From contig NW_026262637.1 in assembly GCF_021869535.1 (NCBI RefSeq), positions 6,758,001 to 6,822,000 of the forward strand: a DNA stretch of 64,000 bases. Reading direction: 5' to 3'. A model generated the notes under the pieces. The model saw only the letters and a program-made list of their open reading frames with translations. It searched no databases and had not been told where the DNA came from. Within the stretch, counting starts at the first letter, position 1. Each line of letters opens with the position of its first letter. The stretch is from Mytilus californianus (taxonomy: Eukaryota). This document shows, in pieces, positions 59,210 to 64,000 of the stretch. Both the position numbers and the translations under genes were made by a program.

Positions 59210-60575
59210 TAGATTCAAGATTCAATTGTTTATTAAAGTCTCACCACATACATACAAGTATAAACACATTATAATATCAAGTACACAATATAAAAATTTA
59301 GAATGCATGTGCCATTCTTAAAAGAACTATGAGAGACTGTTATATACAATTATAAAACAACAGAATTAAAACATAATTTTGTTATTTACACAAAACATAA
59401 AAGTGCAATATCACCATGCACATTCAAGGATAAAACCTGTTACATGTACATAAAAAATAACAATGATTTTTTAACAGTATAAGATACTATTTCGTCGCAA
59501 TAAAATATTATGGCAGGTTTTGGCAACAGAACTACAAACATTTTCATTTTTGAACAAAATATAAATTTTTCATCATCTGACAAAGTTAAAAACATATTAT
59601 TATGTTGAATTATATCAATAAATAAAGACTGCCTTAAATCTTCATATAATGGACATGTTAACAGTACATGTTTTTCATCTTCTATATCATCACAATTGAA
59701 ACATAATCTTTTATCTAAATCTAATCTTTCGTAACGACCAGTTTCAATTTTTAAAGGTGCTACTCCACATCTAAATTTCGCATATGCACTGCGATATCGA
59801 ATAGGTATATTTTGCAACAAATATTGTTCAGTAGAGTATGAAAATTTAAACAATTTATAAGTTCTCAACTTATTTCCTTGACCATAAGAATCAAGCCTTG
59901 TACTCCATTCAGTTTTATAATTATCAAAAATATTAACTTCTAACTGATAAATTATATTTTTATCCAGTATATAATCATCTACATTACAAAATCTGTCCAT
60001 ATTGTAAAGTTTCAACATATCTATAACTTTATAACTCCAATTTTTAATTTTATAACTGCTTTTTCTAATTGACCATATAAATACTTTATAATTTATCCTG
60101 TTTTTATCCATTTTTTGTACATCTTGCCCAGTGTCTTAAAATGTTAGACCACTGTTTAACATATGGAAGCTTCCAACCCCTGTCACCTGTAACAGCATCA
60201 TTGGGGGTATACTTTCCAACTCCCATATAAAATCTCATGGCTCGGTTCTGAACTGCTGAGATGCAGGAGAACTCACTTGTACCCCAAATAGCTGAGCCGT
60301 AATTGATGACTGACCAAACTACAGTGTCAAACAATTTGGTAAAAATATTGTGTTGAAAGCCACCATGTGCTTTACATTTTACTATAAGAAGGCCTAATGC
60401 CCGACTTGCTGACTTTGCAACTGCCTTTGCCATAACTTTATAATCTAAAAATTCATTTAATACTAATCCTAAATATTGATAGCTAGAAACATAATCAATG
60501 ACTTCACCATTTATATTAAAAACAAAATCTGATCTTATCACAGAAGGGTTTCTAAAATGCATGATTTTTGATTTA
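59210..60575 (-). mobile_element. 5'-truncated LINE: RT C-terminus plus CCHC-type C-terminal motif and 3' UTR
   Basis: ORFs 60104-60562 and 59440-60111 (frameshift) give SYQYLG, YGSAIWG, VQNRAMR, KLRTYKLFK and RLCFNC..IEDEKHVLLTCPLY. The minus-strand tail reads AATAAACAATTGAAATCTTGAATCT. Confidence 0.85.
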
Positions 60576-61588
60576 TAAAAATTAACTTATTTTAATTTGT
60601 AGTAATACAATGAAAGGCAAGAAAGGGGTTTTCTCTCACTAATTAGTCTTAGAAATATAATCATAACAATTTTTAATTACCGCTGTATGTGCGATTACAA
60701 AGATTGATAAAAAATGACAATACTTTACCTTCGAAAATATTGCTTGGATTCTTTATTACCATGATTATGTAACAACAACTAAGTTAATTTATTTTGGTCA
60801 ACTGATAAGTTCTAATAGATATATAAGTACATGCTGGTTTAAGTTTTAGCATTTATTTCAAGTATTGTTTTCGCAATGACGACACTATTTTGCCACCTGT
60901 GCAGTGTTATAGTTGTTTTTGTTATATTTAATGGTAAGTTTACATAAATCTGATTTGAATTGATATAATGAAATATAAGCATATTTGTCGTGAATTATTT
61001 CTCGAAAAAATTTCATCTTTGCCTGAGGGAGTTGGAACCTTAGTTTTACTCATTTATATATTTTAAAAAATCTATCAACGAAAACATGTATGTGATATGT
61101 AGATATACCAGGTCTCGCTCCTTTTTGAGTCAATGCGATTCTCTCGGTTTTTGTTTGGTATCTTCGTCTTTTCGTTAGCGAGTCACGAAATTTGAACATA
61201 GGTAAATTACTGTTGTCTTAATAAATCATGTCAGTGACGAGGCACTGACTACCGGCCAATTATACTCGTGATTCTTACAGCAGCGGTACTTACTTTGTGA
61301 TAGTAAAGAAACAAGTGCGTCCGAAATGCATGCCTAGATTTACCTTTAAAGGGAACGCTGAAAAAAAAGAAAAAAACAATAATGAAAAAAAAAAGTATGT
61401 ATAAATGCTTTAGGAGATATATGTAACGGGACGTTCAAAGGAATAAATTGCCAAAAAAATGTACATTAAATAATTAAATTCAGGATTTACAGATTAAAGA
61501 AATTTACATGTACCTCCCTATTCTTCTCCGATGTACAACAGTTCATTGAAATATGATGCAAATCAAATATAGCTTTCAAAAAGATTAA

Positions 61589-62218
61589 AGGACACCGGCT
61601 CGCTGTTTTAAAAACTTTTCTCGTATATCCAGATTTCAAAAAGTCTAAAATAAACAATCAACAATGCATGGACTCGATACTATGTGTCAACATTTTGTGT
61701 GTATTTTTGTCTAGACGTCATTTAGTTAACCATCGAGTTGACCTCCGAAGACTGCCGACGGTCATATAACCCAATAAAAACATAAATATTGAGATAGCGA
61801 ACACGTGCAAATGGATTTTTCTAGATCTGTTTGATTTCATATCAAAGGTTAGACTAATATGTTAATCATCGTTTTTACCTGTATAAGAATGAGTTTTGTG
61901 GATCGAATCAGCCAACAAAAATGGTTGACCCTGTTTTCACTTTCAATGTTGACATTCTTTTCGTTTTAATAGCTGAACACGCCTTTTTTGTGTAACCCAT
62001 CTTTCGATAAGGAGTTAAACTGAAGGTCACATGAATACGGATTCAATGAGGTTGAAAGTAAATAATTCAACAGCGATGTTTCTTAGCTTAATTTGACAAA
62101 ATTGAACCAAACTGGCTGCTAAAAGCGAATTATTATTTCACTATTTCACTTTCATTAATGATTGAACCGAAACAAAATCATATCTTAATTTTTTTTATAT
62201 CTCGTAGCTAATGCCCCT
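61589..62218. mobile_element. 630-bp TTAA-flanked MITE with AGG..CCT termini (Kolobok-type non-autonomous)
   Basis: TTAA at 61585-88 and 62219-22. Degenerate TIR AGGACACCGGCT / AGCTAATGCCCCT. Confidence 0.5.
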
Positions 62219-62966
62219 TTAATGTTCGATTTAAAGATTGTTTAGTCAAACGAGATTTCATGACGGTCTTTGCACTTTGCCGGGAACGTGACCTCTCCTA
62301 GTTATCATAACTGGCTACGAGTTATATACTTATACGAAAGTTTTAAAATTAGTTTTATTTTAATGAATCTAGAAGAATCTTTTTTTTACGTCAAAAGTAA
62401 ACACTTAATGACGAAAATGATATATTCCAATATACCCTGTGTGGTTTTTTTTTGCAGAAAAACAAAATATGTTTTCTTCTATAATTTAGCAACTTATACA
62501 CAAAATACTCATCAAACGTTTAAAACAGAAAAAATTTTCCATTTCATAGAAACATGATGTGATTACATATTTGTCTAGGAATCCTTTGATTTTGCATTAG
62601 TAATAACCTCAGATTGCCTTAGTCATATTACTGCCGCGGGAAAATAACTGGTTATCATGCTCTATGTTTATATCGTCACAGTTACGTTTTGACGAAGACC
62701 GAGCAAAATCCATATCTGTACAAGCCATGTATAATTTGCAAGACTTACTGAAACAATATAATTTCTATTGAGTTGATGCTCTCAATCCGATATGAGTATT
62801 TTTGTGAGATTCGAAACGATACCAGGACCAGCATGAAAAATGTCATGTTTAAAAAAAAAATATTCTCTGAATTATTCTTGAAATATGAAAAAAAAGGTTT
62901 GCATATACAAATAAATGTAACAGAATAGTTCAGATCATTCTTAAAGCTTTCTCTTTATTTAATAAG

Positions 62967-63155
62967 TTCAAGTTGAAGGATGCAGTGAAGTTTCAGGCTG
63001 GACAGGCTGGAGTTCCTGCTCAAGGTCATGTGGTTCAGGTACAAGGACAAAGACAAGGAGATGCTGTAGTAGCTGGTATTTTTTGGGGTTTTGTCTTTTT
63101 GGGTCGAGGTATACGGACTCCAGTACATCATCCTGTAGTACACAATGTTGTACAG
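62967..63155 (+). CDS. Exon encoding a thrombospondin type-1 repeat (host gene B; other exons not identified)
   Basis: The frame from 62969 reads QVEGCSEVSGWTGWSSCSRSCGSGTRTKTRRCCSSWYFLGFCLFGSRYTDSSTSSCSTQCCT (WxxWSxCSxSCGxGxRxRxRxC). Acceptor CTTTCTCTTTATTTAATAAG, donor GTATAT, symmetric phase 1-1. Confidence 0.85.
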
Positions 63156-63294
63156 GTATATATATATTTATCTTCTTTGAAGAGAGAAATAAAATTATTG
63201 TAAAGGATTTCCAGTTATTATTGCACGTCTCTTCGCATGCATTGCAATTCGTCCCAATAGTATGGCAAGCCGTTGTGGAATTTATTCCCTATTT

Positions 63295-63616
63295 ATTAAT
63301 ATTAAAAAATCATTTATTAATATTAAATATTATTTTTTAATATTAATAAATCGATTTTTTAATATTAATAAATATTTTTTAATATTAATAAATAGGTAAT
63401 TTTTAATATTAATAAATGGGTTTTATTTATTAATATTAAATATTCAATTTTTAATATTAAATATTCGATTTATTAATATTAAAAAATAATTTGTAATATT
63501 AAAAAATAGATCCTATTTATTAATATTAAAAAATCATTTTTTAATATTAATAAATCATTTTTTAATATTAATAAATCATTTTTTAATATTAATAAATATT
63601 TTTTAATATTAATAAA
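63295..63616. repeat. AT-only minisatellite, about 20-23-bp units centred on the palindrome TAATATTA
   Basis: TTTTTAATATTAATAAATCA-type units, about 15 copies. Confidence 0.85.
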
Positions 63617-64000
63617 TTCAACAAGAACCTACTATATCAATAGGATTTTCAACAAGTACTTGCTATAAATATAGGACATTCAACAAGTACCTTTTATAAC
63701 TAAATAACATTCAACAAGTTCATACTATAAAAAAGCAAATTCAACACGTAACTGCTATGTGTCTAAGACATTCAACAAGAGCCTAATTAACCGATAGGAT
63801 ATTCAAAAAGTACCTGCTATAACTATAGGACATTCAACAAGTACCTGCTATGACTATAAGACAAGACATTAAACAAGTAACTGCTATATCTATAGGATAT
63901 TCAACACGTGACTCCTAAATCTATAGGCCATTTTACAAGAACCTACTATATCAATAGGATTTTCAACAAGTACTTGCTATAAATATAGGACATTCAACAA
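63617..64000. repeat. 31-bp satellite with an apparent 10-monomer (314-bp) higher-order repeat, running off the window
   Basis: TTCAACAAG-type monomers start at 63617, 63648, 63679, 63710, 63740, 63771, 63802, 63833, 63869, 63900 and 63931. Monomer 11 onward copies monomer 1 onward almost exactly. Confidence 0.85.

Noticed and set aside
61133-61201. Possible signal-peptide first exon for the TSP1 gene
   Set aside because: The ATG frame (MRFSRFLFGIFVFSLASHEI) stops before the GTAAAT donor, and the frame that reaches the donor lacks an ATG. It cannot be supported without transcripts.
62973-63203. ORF-track peptides MKDAVKFQAGQAG... and minus-strand 62955-63143
   Set aside because: These are alternative frames of the TSP1 exon. 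The real frame starts at 62969.

Overview
AT-rich, intron-containing animal genomic DNA. The repeat families look like those of bivalve molluscs, probably Mytilus (recognised from memory, not searched). There are no rRNA, tRNA, CRISPR or prokaryotic features. Host genes are sparse: (i) the 3' end of a large exon encoding an acidic low-complexity protein (3-1613); (ii) four phase-1 exons of an unidentified + strand gene (20353-39512); (iii) one thrombospondin type-1 (TSP1) exon (62967-63155). The rest is a nested mobile-element landscape with two main items. (1) A complete 6.9-kb DNA transposon (44264-51163) with TTAA target duplication, 19-bp TIRs and GG..CC termini (Kolobok-like). It carries a five-exon gene whose splice phases join into an uninterrupted 870-aa protein, a DDE transposase fused to a DEDDh 3'-5' exonuclease with all catalytic residues present. 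It sits inside the APE domain of a dead LINE. (2) A very young 7.85-kb Penelope-like (Neptune-type) insertion (31346-39195) made of an inverted copy, a partial tandem copy and a full 918-aa RT/GIY-YIG copy. The inversion junction has 6-nt microhomology, both ends fall in an (AT)n microsatellite, and it holds three hammerhead-ribozyme motifs. It lies in the last intron of host gene (ii). Also present: a Transib-like CAC..GTG element with a 5-bp TSD, an internally deleted hAT element with an apparent 7-bp TSD, several MITEs, Helentron-associated (HINE-like) elements (one with a 166-bp tandem array), three decayed LINEs and several minisatellites. All coordinates were counted by eye.
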